Below, one piece after another: positions 40,040 through 54,144 of a DNA stretch of 64,000 nucleotides (within the stretch, counting starts at the first letter, position 1; each line of letters begins with the position of its first letter). The notes beneath the pieces were generated by a model. It did no database searches. It was given only the letters and a program-made list of their open reading frames with translations, and was not told the DNA's origin. Origin of the DNA: Octopus vulgaris. Taxonomy: Eukaryota. Both the position numbers and the translations under genes were made by a program. The stretch spans positions 120,652,001 to 120,716,000 of the forward strand of contig OX597815.1 in the NCBI GenBank assembly GCA_951406725.2. The letters run 5' to 3'.

Positions 40040-40236
40040 TAAATCCCGAAAAAGAACAACAACAACACAAAAAAACACCAACGCGTGGACATGGTACATG
40101 TAAAGTATTAGCAGACGTTCAGGGAAGGAAAGAGAAGTGATTTAACGTTTCGAGCAACGCTTTTTTCAGAAACAGAAGAAAGTCCAAGAGAAAGGAAGAC
40201 GGAGGAAGAAAATCGCCAACGATTCACATCTGGTTA
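40040..40236 (-). mobile_element. solo PLE pseudo-LTR with decayed hammerhead (40141-40172)
   Basis: Colinear with 33410-33601 (gacg.tcagg, tttaacgtttcgagc, aatcgccaacg). Confidence 0.7.
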
Positions 40237-40240
40237 CATG

Positions 40241-40338
<98 letters not shown>

Positions 40339-40339
40339 C

Positions 40340-40396
<57 letters not shown>

Positions 40397-40398
<2 letters not shown>

Positions 40399-41370
40399 AG
40401 GTCGTCAAGTATGAAATTTGTAGAAAAGAAGAATAAGTTTGCTTATGTCTTATAAATACAAGGAATAGCTTTATTCATCAAAGTTTGCACCCATATTGTC
40501 AACATACTTTTGCCATTTCAGCGGTAGCTTGTCCAGCCCGGAACTGTAAAAGTCTGACAGTCTAGAGGCACTAAAATTTTGAAAGGCCTGTTTTACAGCC
40601 TCGCCAGAATTAAATTTTTTCCTGTCAAAAAGTTATCCAAATTCTGGAAGAAGTGTTAGTCAGTGGAGGCAAGATCAAGTTAGTATGGTGGATGATGGAG
40701 AACTTCCAACTCCAACTCCTGTAGTTTTGCCAATGTCATTTTTGCGGTGTAAGATCTGGCGTTGTCTTGCAATAAAATAGGAGTTGATCTGTTGACTAAT
40801 CTAGGCTGTTTTTTCTAAGTTTCTGCATCATTTGGTCCAGCTGGCTACAGTATACTTCGGCTGTGATTGTTGAACCAGTTTTAATGAAATCATAATGGAT
40901 CACACCTGGGCCAGACCACCAAACAACACCATCAGCTTCGTTTAATGAATTTTGCTTTTTGGACTGTATTTTGGTGGCTCGTCTTTCTCCAACCATTGTG
41001 CTGAACATTTATGGTTGTTATATTGGATCCATTTCTCATCACGTTACAATGCGATTCAAAAATGATTTATTTTTGTGACGAGAAAGTAGCACAAGGCAGG
41101 CTTCCAAATGTTGCTGTTTCTGATTTTCATTGAGTTCAAAACTGTACTAATTTCATTGAGTTCAAAACTGCCTTATCAATCTCTAAGCAAAAATAACAAA
41201 ACAAGATTTATAAATAGTTTCTAAAGCACAAAATGATTTAGAATTAAGAAATAGATGTGTTAGCTTTCTCACAAAAAATAAAGATTGTCAAAATATAATA
41301 ATGGCGCAAAATGGGCAACAGTCAAAGTTTACCATATATCTTACTACAAATTTCGTTCTTGACGACCTAA
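40397..41370 (-). mobile_element. internally deleted mariner transposon with both TIRs
   Basis: TIRs taaggtcgtcaagtatgaaatttgtag / ctacaaatttcgttcttgacgacctaa with TA on both sides. Broken transposase reads IVT/DEKW...ITAEVYCSQL...LLQDNAR...HPPY*LDLASTD...KWQK. Confidence 0.95.
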
Positions 41371-41952
41371 TATATATATATGCATTTGTACATACAAATA
41401 TGTACATACCTTCATATATATGAATATATACATGCATATATGGATACAGGACGTCCAAAAACGTGAACTAAATTTAAAATGAGAACATAAAAAAGCAAAA
41501 ACATGGAAAACGAACTTTTTTCGGACGGCGAAAGAAACAAATAGAGAAACGACACAGGCAGCATAAAAATACATCTCCTTCTTCAGTTGCCCCTGTTTTA
41601 TCTACTCCGCGTTTCGGAGGTTGAACAAGACGCAACTCCGTTAAAACCGTCCTTCCCGCAAAGCAAGTTAAATAAAATTTGGTATTTTTGCAGAGGGCTA
41701 AACTAGTAACAAAAACAGGACAGTAAGAACAAAACAGTAAAAACAAACGGTGAAGGCTTTTAAGCCATAACGAGGTGAAGTGGTGAACGCTAGAGAAGGA
41801 GCTCTATTTTTGAAAAAAATATTCGAGATCCATACAAATAAAATTTTTAAATATTAATGATGGAGATGGAAGTAGCACAGAAGTTATTCTAAGACATTTC
41901 AATTTAAGAAGGAATTTAATGAAAATGATTTTTAAAATTATATAAAGAAAAT

Positions 41953-42120
41953 ATAGGCGCAAGAGTGGCTGTGTGGTAAGTAGCTTGCTTGCTAACCACA
42001 TGGTTCCGGCTTCAGTCCCACTGCGTGACACCTTGGGCAAGTGTCTTCCACTTTGGCCTCGGGCCGACGAAAGCCTTGTGAGTGGATTTGGTAGACGGAA
42101 ACTGAAAGAAGCCCGTTGTA
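41953..42120 (+). mobile_element. SINE family B 5' part
   Basis: ataggcgcaagagtggctgtgtggtaag...gaaactgaaagaagcccgt. Confidence 0.9.
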
Positions 42121-42453
42121 TTGACCAAATCTTGGAGAATATACATGAATTTTAGATGATTCCATGATGCAACAGTGGACCTTGTACTAGCACTGGTCAC
42201 CATATTTTTTTATCTATCATGATTGTTTTTGATTATTGTATAATATAATATAATACTGTATAATATATTATATTTACTCAGATTCTACTCATGGCAATAA
42301 TTATGATGACATGATAATTACAGAAATAACAGTAAAGGAGAATGTAAATATATTTTACTTTCTAATCAAAAGGTGTGAAAATGGATAAATATATCTTAAC
42401 TCTACTAAAGATTGCGGTATAACAGAAATTGTAATACGGGATCGACGTACTAC

Positions 42454-42533
42454 AACAGTCGATAAGATAGATTTCAGCCATGTTAAGTCGATAAGATAGA
42501 TTCCAGTCCTGAACAGTCGATAAGATAGATTCC
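42454..42533. repeat. minisatellite, three ~29-bp units
   Basis: agtcgataagatagatt three times with similar linkers. Confidence 0.9.
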
Positions 42534-44629
42534 ATTAGTGTTCTCGGCTTAGTTCAGTTGGCTGTGCCCTTCCCTACAAATTTATATATTTGTGCTAATA
42601 GAAAAATATCCTAATAGAAAAAAAAACTGATTAAGGTAGACTTATCAGTTTTCTATACGGTTGATAAATTCTTACATCTAATAAAGATTTTTCTGATTAG
42701 ATTCCTTTACCTTTTCCTTCCTGTTTATTTAGTTATCCATTAAAATAGATTTGCCTTTTTAAATGTGATTTTGAGTTTATTTATTCTTGCTCTGCTATTT
42801 AAAGTCATGTTACAGTAACCTACTGTCGATGGCAGGCTTTTGATGTTCGGGTAAAATACTTAATTTTTTTTAACAGTTTACTTTTAAAACTTCTACGAAA
42901 CCAACTGAATATTTGCACTTCTACAGGAAATAGAGATGTATGATTAGTCTAGTTAAGCTTGAAACTTGAAGTCCTCCATGATTGATTGGTACTTATTTTA
43001 TCAATGTTTGTAGAGCAGAATTAATCTCGGAGGGAACTGAACTCAAGACGTAAAGTTAAGTAGTTATATAAACGCAAGACATTTTACATTCTATTGTTTC
43101 TGCTTATTCATTGCTACAACTTAATTTCACTTTCCGTAGTGTTAGGCTGTTAAATAAATCTCCCTAAGATCTGAAGTTATTTTCTATAGCAAGTAAATTT
43201 TCCCACAGAGCTTTGTATATGTTATCTACTTAAATTCAAAACTTGGAATAAAATGACTCACATTGACAAATAACGAAAGACTACAGTGGATATGAACTTA
43301 AAAACGGTAAGTCAGCAGGTTGCTAGGTTATCAAATCAGTTGTGTTGTCTCTGCAGATCTTTTTGGCCAAATTTAGAATCTTTGCAAAATCATTGCTTCT
43401 TCTCTGTGAAAAACTTCTCAGACAGGTTTTCTATAAATTATAAGGTTATTATCCGTTTCCGAATTTTAGACACTTTTCTTAAATCCCTTACTTAATAAAC
43501 CTTAAAATTTTATTTTCAATTTTTGCCTTTGTCTTTTTTTCCTCCACCGACTTTCAGATACAGTTACAGACTGTCGGAATTTATTTTGGTTTTCATGTCT
43601 TTAAATTGCTAAGAGCCAGTTGTCTCTTTTCTTCGTTCGAACGACAATCAGTTCGATTAAGGCTGGAATAAAATCTTTTGCTCCAAGCAATACACGCCTG
43701 TTACTCAGTGCATTGTTTACCTTAGACGTGAACTGTGCCTCTTATGGTATTTACATGTGAATTCAACACAGACTGGTGAAGTTTGTCATCTTTTGCGACA
43801 CTATTAGTGTCGACTTAGAAGTGAGTCTTAACTGTTTTAGCTGAATAGAGCACATACATAACTTGATGATATACATGTAATCTAAGTTGTTAACAGTATA
43901 GACAAACACACACAGTTTAAGTTATATATATATATATATAACTTTGTTTACATAGGAGCTACAAGTGCGCATTTTCTATTATACAGCAAGAAAACCAATA
44001 TTTATTCCAATGTTATCATCAGAACCACTTTTCCGTCCAATGGTGTTCTGACTAATGCAAGCTGGCCGTGTTATTTCTTCATATTTTCAGACATCCTGTT
44101 CATTATGGGAAAAAATTTTTTATGAGATTTTATTGAGCTTTACTAAATATACATTTCACTCTTACAGAAGTATTTTCGATTTCATAAACTTTACTGACAC
44201 TACTTCTGCAATAACATTCCTCGGTTGCATCGGCAATTCATTTCTAACTATTGTGCGCAATGTATTTCCTCATAAATTAACTACAGCTGGCCATATCTGT
44301 AAGATGATATTAACATAAACGAAGTCTACTACAGTTTTAACCTCTAAAAGAAACTTTATTATTAAAACCACCTGAATCATCACTGCCACTTGCTCAGCAA
44401 TCACAAAATATTCACGCTACCTCTGAATCTACATTCATATATATATATATATATATATATATACATTTATATAATCATGCATATACATAGATAGGTAAGT
44501 AGGTAGAGGGGTTTCTTTCAACTCAAGACAAAAATGTTGACATGGAAGAAAACACGTGACACTTATCCTTTCTTCGAGGGAAAGAGACGAATGTCCTAAC
44601 TTCAGTTGTTGTTTAGCTCCCAATCAGTT

Positions 44630-44800
44630 CTTTTCAAGCAGAGTTATGATCAACGCTGTTTCAACCATACTGTCTAGTCTTCTTATACGGGTGTCTAAGA
44701 CTACATTATCTAGTGTGTATTTTACTTATTTAAGATGTTGCGATCTAACTTAGGGGAAGTGTGGTAACTTTCTAGTAGGTCGAGCGGCCTACGTATAAGT
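44630..44800 (+). repeat. old dispersed repeat family E
   Basis: The motif chain atgatcaa...gactacattatc...tgtg...ttt...ctagtaggtc recurs at ~23030, 29280, 29640, 60230 and, on minus, 60610. Confidence 0.6.
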
Positions 44801-46500
44801 TTCCTTACTAGTTCAACTAATATCAATGTGGTGAAATGGTAATAACTTTAGATGCAAACCGAGCTGCAAAGTCTATTTACCGTTAGGTTAGCTCCGAAAG
44901 TAAGCTTTAGTGGTAATATTAAAAGAGTTGAAATGATCAAGCCACTAAGACAGAATCATTTTTTCCTCCCCGAGCATGAGATTGGCGCTTCCAGTTTTTT
45001 AATTTTAAAATCCATGTTGATGAAAAAGATATTCTTATAAACTGAATTGAAGGGACTAAAGTTCTTTCCTCTTTAACAGTTTTTCATCATGTTTATTATT
45101 TTTTTTAGCTATTTCCTACTTTCTTTCTTGTTCTCTTTCTATCTTTGTTTTCTTCTCGTTCGTTCAGAGCCCATATGATAAATATCAGGTTGTGCAATTT
45201 GAGCATTTGTTTTGTAACATATGATCACCTTTTTGGAGGTAACCGGGCACAGTTTTTGATTCCAAAATTATTGGTCTTGTAAACCAAAACACCCACATTA
45301 AACATTGTTTCTGGTCATAAGAAAATCGTGTCCAATTTATCAACTGAGTATTATATTTCACCTAGTGTAAAAACCAGTGCGAAAAGCAAGTAACGTGATC
45401 TCAATTATTCAAGAATTTAAAAGAAAAATTACAAATGATAATAATAATAAACTAGGAAATCAACAGCAAACAAAATATTGTTTACAATACTGAAGAAAGT
45501 GTATGAATTAATGCTGCTCCCATAAGCAACTAACAGAGTAGATATCTCTAAAACAGGTCGATAGTAGCCGTGGATACGATGATAGTGATAATCCTTGTTA
45601 TCGTGATGGTGGTTTAATTACATTGTAAATGACCTGCGAAGAGATCTAGTTTGCTACTTAGATAAAATTGCACTTTTGAAATGAGTAGCACTATCAGTTT
45701 ACTGGCTAGTAAATAACTACAAATATAGTATTGAGTAAAAAGAACTGGTGGGTGGACGAAATTGATCGTCATTGAACTCCTACACAACCAAATCTTTATT
45801 ATTACAAGCGGGACCCGTGAATATTACACGGAAATAATGGTAAACCTGTTGGGTTATTTCTGAAAACTTTGTTAAAAAAAACTGAAAGCGTAGCCTGTGT
45901 TGTGTCTGTATGGAAAAATAGTCTGCTACGCTTTGAAAAGTGAAAGAAATCGGAATACGATGATTACTTAATGTACTTTATATATACACTTTATATACTT
46001 TATGCACAATTTTATAGACTTAATACGCAGCAATCATAAAACAGATATTCACTCTTATTTTTCCATATCCCCCATCAGCAGAAAAAAAAAATCCCGTATA
46101 TATGATACAACCTTTTGTTAAATTGTAACTCTCCTCCTCTACTTTCAACTAACTTTTTTAACCACATAACAAATATTACGTTCCCCCTAGACGCTTCTTT
46201 CTCCCTCTTTCTGTCTCACCCTACGCCTTATCCTCTTTCTCTCGCTCCTCTCTTTCTCTTCAACTAATCACGGGAAAGCGTTATAATTACATTCCCTCGA
46301 CCTCACGTCATGGACGCTTCTCTCTCCCTCTTTTTTCCCTCACTCTTTTTCTCTCTCCTCTTTTTCTCTCTCCCTCTTTTCTCTCTCCCTCTATTTCGCT
46401 CTCTTTTTCTGATCACGTGAAAGTGTTACCGACGGGCTAAGTAACGCAGTGACAAACAGAATTATTATAAGATTATTATTATTATTATTATTATTATTAT

Positions 46501-47056
46501 TGAGTGAGAGAGCAGTGCATACCATTAAAGTGACACTGGGGTACAAATACACAAAACCCAATATACCCATCATGGCTACTTATCTGATCAGGGTACACCA
46601 AGCACATGCATCACAACCATATGTGCACGACATGGTGATCTCATATCACGGTAAACAGCGCATAACCTTGCAGGTGGAGCCCAGTTGGAATTTTCTTCAG
46701 GTCGAGTAGCCCATCCCGCTCAAAAGGTCCCTGAATAAGGATTGTTTAAGGATGATGAACAAAACACCCATACTTCCTGAGATGAATTATTCAAACTCCA
46801 GAGACATCCTCTCAATACATGGCTATAATGTTCCCCCACTACTCCTGCTCATGATCAAAGATGCACATATCGTCAGCCACTAAGAGAATGCTCAAGTGGT
46901 TAAGGTCAAGCAACCGGCAAGCAAATCTGTGGTATGGAGCAGAAAATTTGCTGTAGCCGATCTTTTATACCAAAACAAAACAATGTACATGATAACACTT
47001 CCAATCAATTAAGATTATGAGCCATGAGAGCCACCGCCTGGTACTGCATCAGGGCA

Positions 47057-47057
<1 letters not shown>
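46501..47057. mobile_element. 557-bp non-coding element bounded by (TTA)n on both sides
   Basis: Sharp borders with (TTA)n at 46472-46501 and 47058-47104. Higher GC than flanks and no recognisable ORF. Confidence 0.6.
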
Positions 47058-47103
<46 letters not shown>

Positions 47104-47104
<1 letters not shown>

Positions 47105-49475
47105 GCCTTTGCACAGCTTCTAACGCTGGAGACGTACTACGGTGTCAGCTTTTCACTACTAGTGAACTAAGATAACACCTCTTACTTTTCGAGCATCTTC
47201 CGGAGCATTCGAATGGTTCCAAGCAGTGCTGTATTCTGCAAGTGTTCCACCCTTATTGCAGCCCCTATTTGTTCCATGTACTTCTCAAGATTTTTACTCA
47301 CTGTTCACAGGGCTCCAACAATTATTGGTAGTACTGCCACCTTTTACATCGGTCACAACTGCTTAGCATCTCAAGCTAACCAGTCATATCTATCGACTTT
47401 TCTTTCTTCCTTATCACCCATCTTGTTGTCAGATGGGCATGTTATATCTATGATCCAGCATGGTTTGCTTTCTTTCTCAATTAAGACTATGTCTGGTGTC
47501 CTATCCTCCATCTCATGGTCGCACTGAATCATAAAATCCCGCAGGATCTATGCATTATCATTTTTGATGATGCTTTCGGGTTTGTGGTTGTACCAATTTT
47601 TTGCTCTGTCAAGTCCATACTTGTTGCAAAGTGTCCAATAGACAAGCCTTGCTATATTGTCGTGGCGTCTCTTATATTCCTTCTGGGCTAGTGGTGTACA
47701 TTGGCTGGTAATATGCCATATTGTTTCACCATTTTGTCCACAGATTCTGCACTTACCACTTTCTGGTGTATTGTCTTTTCTGTATTTCATGTAGTTTGTT
47801 CTTAGTGCTTGCTCTTGGGTAGTCATCCACAGCCATCTTTTTTCTCTGTCTGTTTTATCTTCAACATCTCTATGAAATTGACCATGCATTCTTTTCTTTA
47901 CCCGTCTATCAGTTTCATTCATTTTCAATTTCTTGTATAGTGCTTTATCTTTGCAATCTTTCAGCCTACACAAGCCTGACCTTATTCCTAATAACAGTGG
48001 TTCTGTGGCACATTTTACATACCATGCTATGTTGTTTTCTTCTTCTCTAATACTGTGTTCGCATACAATAAGTCCTCTTCCCCCTCTTTTTCTTGGTACA
48101 TACAGTCTGACTGTGTCACCTTTTAGGTGGAGTGTCCCATATCTAGTTAGCAACTTCCTTATCTTTCTGTCTAAGCTGTTTAGTTCGTCTACTGTCCATG
48201 CGGTTACCCTTGCTCCTCATCCAAAGAGTGAAACCGCACAGGTGTTGATAGCTTCAATCTTATTCCGTCCGTTTAATTTCGACTTAAGGCCCAGTCTCAG
48301 TCTGCGCAAGGACTCCACCTTAAACTTTTCTGTCATTTCTTTCTCCATTAATTTATCCATTTTCAAAATCCCCAAGTACTTATAGCCCATCTCTTCTATC
48401 TGCTTTATAACCACCTCCCCCGACGGTATCGATAGCCAGTCTATACATTTGATTTTGGCTCTCTTCAAGACTAACACACAACACTTTCTCAGTCCGAACT
48501 CCATTCTGATATCAGCACTGAAGGTATACACCATATCAACGAGGGAACTGACTTGGGCTTCATCTTTATCACAAAGTTTGAGATCCATGAATAACAAATG
48601 GTTGTCTTTTTGTTGGCGGCTTTTGAATACATACCCAGCCTTTGCTTTCCTCAAAATCAGTGTTAGTGGTATCAAGCGCTGTACAAAGATCAGTGGGGAC
48701 AGGCAGTCCTCTTGGAAGATGCCCCTCCTGATTTATACTGTCCTTAAATTTCTCCCGTATGCTGTCAGGTCCGTCCTCCAATTCGCCATGCTTTTTCTAT
48801 ACAATCGCTCAACATTCGATGCAATACCAAATAAGTTCATACAGTCCATTATCCAAGAGTGTGGGATCATATCGTACGCTTTACGATAGTCGATCCTTGA
48901 CATGGCTAAGTTACTTTTCCTCCTATTGCAGTCTCTAAGTACAGTTTTGTCTATCAGGAGTTGATCATTGGTACCTCTGCACTTACGCTTGCAACCCTTC
49001 TGCTCATGTGGCAGGACTCCATATTTTTCCAGATGCTCGTACATTGACTCTGCGAGTATTCCAGTCAATAATTTCCACATAAGTGGCAAACAGGATATTG
49101 GCCTGTAATTGTCTACCGTATTGCCTTTTTCGATGTTTTTCAAGCACAGCACTGTCTTCCTCAATGTCAACCACTCTGATGTTATTTGGTCGACATTTAA
49201 CAAGGTGTTAAATTGCTCAGCTATTCGTGCATGACATTCACCAAATATTTTGATCCAGTAGCCTTGAACTCCGTCTGGTCCCGGCGCCTGCCAGATGTTT
49301 TTTTTTTTTTTTGATTTCCTTCACTTTCCTAACTGAAACGACTAGTTCTGCCTGTTTTGGACAGACTACTGTTTGTTTCAGTTCTTGCAACCATTCAGCA
49401 TCCTTCTTGTGCACTTTGTCTTTGCTCCAGATGTCACTTCAAAACCTTTGACTTTCATTGTTATCTGGTATCAAC

Positions 49476-49476
<1 letters not shown>
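47104..49476 (-). mobile_element. 5'-truncated R4/Dong-like non-LTR retrotransposon (RT, CCHC, restriction-like endonuclease), inactivated
   Basis: [32 protein letters not shown](D)L, YKYLG, CRICGQNGETIWHITSQC, KRRHD, RTPDIV...IIDITCP, LQNTALLGT. Frameshifts present; (TAA)n at both ends. Confidence 0.95.
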
Positions 49477-49537
<61 letters not shown>

Positions 49538-49538
49538 A

Positions 49539-49598
<60 letters not shown>

Positions 49599-49600
49599 TA

Positions 49601-49807
49601 AAGTGGCGAGCTGGCAGAATCGTTAGCAAATTCGGTAAAACGCTTATCGGCATTTCGTCGGTCTTTACGTTGAGTTCAAATTCCCCTGTGGCCGACTTTG
49701 CCGTTCATCCTTTCGGGGTCAATTAAATAAGTACCAGTTACGCCCTGGGGTTGATGTAATCGACTTAATCACTTCCCTCAAATTTGAGGCCTTGTGCTTC
49801 CAGTAGA

Positions 49808-49861
<54 letters not shown>

Positions 49862-50030
49862 AGTGGCGAGCTGGCAGAACCGTTAGCAAATCCGGTAAAA
49901 TGCTTATCAAATTCCGCCGTAGTCGACTTTACCTTTCATCTTTTCGGGATGGATTAAATAAGTACCAGTTGAGTGATATAATCGACTTATATCCTCCGAA
50001 ATTGCTGGCCTTGTGCCAAAATCTGAAACC
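49601..50030 (+). mobile_element. two tandem SINE family A copies separated by (TTA)n
   Basis: aagtggcgagctggcagaa at 49601 and 49861; the second copy is internally deleted. Confidence 0.9.
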
Positions 50031-52485
50031 ATTATTATTGTCGTTGTTGTTGTTCTTGTCATCTGAGACACCCACCTATTTAATCAGCAGTGGAACATCA
50101 CTCGAGTTTATCGTCATATTGACAATATGATCACGAAATCTTGTAGCATAGTATGACTTCTGAAAATAAATTTTCTGATTTGATACGCCTCAGTGATTGA
50201 CTGACTAATAAAGGACGAGCCAGAAGATGTTAGCTAAGGTTATTAGTTAATGTTGAATGATAAAGAAAACAATACCCTGTCCGGAAATTGAACCTAGTCT
50301 TTAATCTCACCTCTGCGCTCAACTTTATTACTCTGTGACATTTAACCGCACCCTGCTTTAATTGAAGACAATTGGATACGAATTTAAGCGTATGACACAA
50401 AAGAAAATGTTATATATAAGTAGGTGTATAAGTTATTTTGCTTTGTCTCTTGCGGCTGCTTATGTATCTTTGGATTTTAACACTTTGGCAACATTTAGAT
50501 CTGCTTTAGTTATATAGGGCGAAATCGAAACCTATGAGACAACAGCATATTATCTGTTCATCCTTTACGTAATCGCATGCTCTATTAAGGATTAAATATT
50601 GCTTCGAAATAATATTCATGATTATAACGAGTTAACAAAATAACTATACCCAATAATCAGTGAATGTTTTACTGTGAATTAAAAGGAAGTCTGTTTAATT
50701 ATTTTTCTGTCTCGTCATATTATAATGTAATCTCCATTTTCCTATACACGATCTACTATTTCACATTCGCCCCAGCGACACCAAGCAAATCTCTTTATCA
50801 AACATTCCATAAGTTGTCACCATTTTTAATTCGGTCATCCTGGTTAATTGGAATAATCTGAGACTTACCATTCCACTAATCATTATTTTCTTATCCCTCT
50901 CAGAATCTAAGTGAGAATTACTTCAACATAGATTGCGCTAAACGAATATCTGTTAAGTAAACAAATGTAGATCGTTTTATCTTGTATACAATTACATTTA
51001 GTTAAACATCATCGCCCCCACCCCCCTCTCTCCCTCTCATTTGTCCTTAAGTTTTTTGGGGGTTTCTTTTCAATTTTTACTCTTCACTTCAAGAGTGTCA
51101 AGAACAGAAATTGATATTTTTATGGTAATTTTTTAAAAATCTTTAAATATAAATTATTTGGAGAAGTAAAAGCAGCGTGTATTGCCTTCGCTGGCTCAAC
51201 TGTCTAGTGATACTGGTTTGGCAAAAACCTCTGAAGGACAAAAGTGGGTAAAATGGTTATCCCAATGGGTTGAGACGAGAGAAAGAAATAGGCACGCTGT
51301 TTCGTGGATGGTGTGTAGGGTGAATCACAATAATGAAGTAGTGATACTTCATCGCACCCGATGGACTGGAATGAAGGTAGTATGCAACTAACAATTTCAG
51401 AAGTGCAGAAACTACCATCCCAACGGCACACAAGACTGAGGAGAGGCAAATGAGTAAATATGTGAACCAATAACTGCAGCATACCGGGTGAAAGGTGAAT
51501 TTTTTGTCTAAGAATCTGCTGAACATTTGCAGGCTGTCGTCTTGGATATTTATGCATACAGAAATTACAGCAATAACAGCTGCACAATTGTCTTACATAT
51601 ATATGGAGTACTCCAAACTAGGTCTCATATATATGAACAGTACTCCAAACTGACTATTACTTGAATGCTGTTGTGCTGAGTGTTTACATTTGGAAGTGAC
51701 CAAGCTCTTCACTGGGCTTGAGAAGCCACTATTAATTTATTTGCTTACTTATTTTTTCATTTATTTACTGAGCTTGTCTTTCGAGTAAAGCCATGTCTTT
51801 CCTCTTGTGGTTGTCTATCTAAGGACACTTTACGCCTCTCTTAAATACTCATCTATAAAAGCTGTTCTGATTCATTTTAATGTATAAAGTTTCGCATACT
51901 AAGAATAGATTTTTATGAAGGTTTTCAACGCCTATATATAAATTAACGCTATTCAGAAATAGAATAAGTTTTATTAATATATATATGCGTGTGAACATAT
52001 ATGTAGGTGTGTATACATATAGATGCATATTTATGCATATGGATGTATATGTATACATACATATGTGTGTGGGCATGCGCGCGCGTGTGCTAATTATTTA
52101 TTCTGACTGGACTAAAGCCAGCTTTCTAAGCGGATGAAAGTCATAATCAACAGATACTAATGTAAAATCGGTACTGATGGGATTTGAATTCAGAACAGAA
52201 AGGTAGTTAATTAAACATTGTAGAACATTTATTACGATGATCTAAAGTTTCGGCCATCTTCTGGCATACATGAAATTAAAGAAAAGAGAAGAGTGGCGGA
52301 AACAAAACAAGTAAAACAAGAAAAATCTTGAATGTTCTGTGTTAAAATCCTGTCAGGCTCAAAACTGTATTCCATTTTTTGGGGGTTAATAAAACGATTA
52401 GCAGTATACTAGATAAATCTAATCGGTTGTTCTCCACCGCTTGCGACGAAAGTAGTTCTTACCTGGGGAAAACGGCAATGAATGT

Positions 52486-52538
<53 letters not shown>

Positions 52539-52666
52539 TGTGTGTGTACACGCACACTCACACTTTACATTGTTGCTCAAGTAGACTTATATCAAGGAAG
52601 TATGTATTGTACTTACAATCGATATTTTCTTTTTGCCATCGTTCTTGAAAATAAGAATAAATCCCT

Positions 52667-52715
<49 letters not shown>

Positions 52716-53112
52716 CCATATCGCCGAGGTTGTACTACCGTCGATGTAATCACCAAAATTTAATATGCCAAAATTTAAAACAGTTGTTTCTGTTATTACA
52801 GCGAATGAGAAGATCCATTTTAAAATCTATTTATTCTTGAACATGAAAACAGTTTGAAGATGAACAAGAAAATCTATTTTGAAATCCGGCGAAATTATTT
52901 TTATGTGCTTTCGTTGTCACTGTTCTTAGGGATTGCCAGTTTAGGTTAATGGATGAGGAATAAAGTTAACAAAACTATTGAAACTAAAAGAATTTAGTCA
53001 TTTAAAAAATCATTTCATTCTTTCTTTCAGTGAATAAATGACGATGAGTATAATTAGTACTTCGCGATGAAGAAGAATAAATTAAAGCTTTAATTTTAGT
53101 ATTTGTGTGTGT

Positions 53113-53327
53113 AAGGCAGCGAGCTGGTAGAATCGTCAGCACACCGGACGAAATGCTTAGCAGCATTTCGTCCGTTTTTACGTTCTAAATTCAAATTCCG
53201 CCGAGGTCGACTTTGCCTTTCAACCTTTAGGAATCGATAAAAAGAAGTACCAGTCAAGTACTGGAGTCAATGTAATAGACTAACCTCCGCCCACTAAAAT
53301 TGCTGGCCTTGTGCCAAGATTTGAAAC
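53113..53327 (+). mobile_element. SINE family A, full length
   Basis: Colinear with the consensus; flanked by similar ttttagt(a/g)tttgtgt sequences, a possible TSD. Confidence 0.9.
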
Positions 53328-53914
53328 GATTTTAGTGTTTGTGTAACCGCAGCGGGTTGTTTACTTAAATCTCCTGCAGTGTGGGCTTAGAAGACATATT
53401 TAAGTGTGTGTGATCAACGGAAAGTACGTCATTATGAAAGAAGTGAGTGTCATTTTGGATATGCATACGAAATATTTTACAGAACGGCATACAATTCACA
53501 CTAATGAATATCACTTTCAAAACGCGCACGCAACGTACTTATCAGCGAATCGTTTCTTCAGTCCTTCAATAACGTTTATGCCAGAAATTTTCTTGTGCTT
53601 TCCCTTAGAAATATATGTGAGTAAACAAGGGATAGGATTTTGGTGTGATTCCTTACTGCACTCAGCCCGGTGCTAGTGGTGGTGGAGTACCGTTTCAAGA
53701 TTTTAGACGATCATATCAACCTCACTTCTGATTTCATTGCGGTATTTATTTTATCGATCTATTTATCGAAAAATTAACTAACGTATTTAACATAAAGTGA
53801 CACAACTCAACATCAGTCTAAACTGGTAAACAGAAGCACAGAAACAGATGTACACACACGCGCTCATAATGCAAAAGAATTGTCACAAAAATGACTCGCT
53901 ACGAATTCAGAACG

Positions 53915-53957
<43 letters not shown>

Positions 53958-54144
53958 TGTGTGTGTGTGTGTGTTAGAAAGAAAGAATGAACAAGCAAAA
54001 CATGTGGTATAACTTTAGAGCGTGTACTTTATAATTGCAGAGTTGTTAGAGTAAATAAGGGATTAAGAAATAAAGCATATATAAATCTCTGTTGGTTCGC
54101 CAGAAGAGATAGATTACAGGACTTTCATATTTCAAAAAATATCC

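Noticed and set aside
42454-42533. CRISPR-like repeat-spacer array
   Set aside because: Only three 17-nt repeats with ~11-nt similar linkers, in eukaryotic DNA with no cas genes; it is a minisatellite.
46010-46471. Second Helitron on the minus strand
   Set aside because: A 5' TC-like start is visible near 46470, but I could not locate a 3' hairpin or CTRR end.
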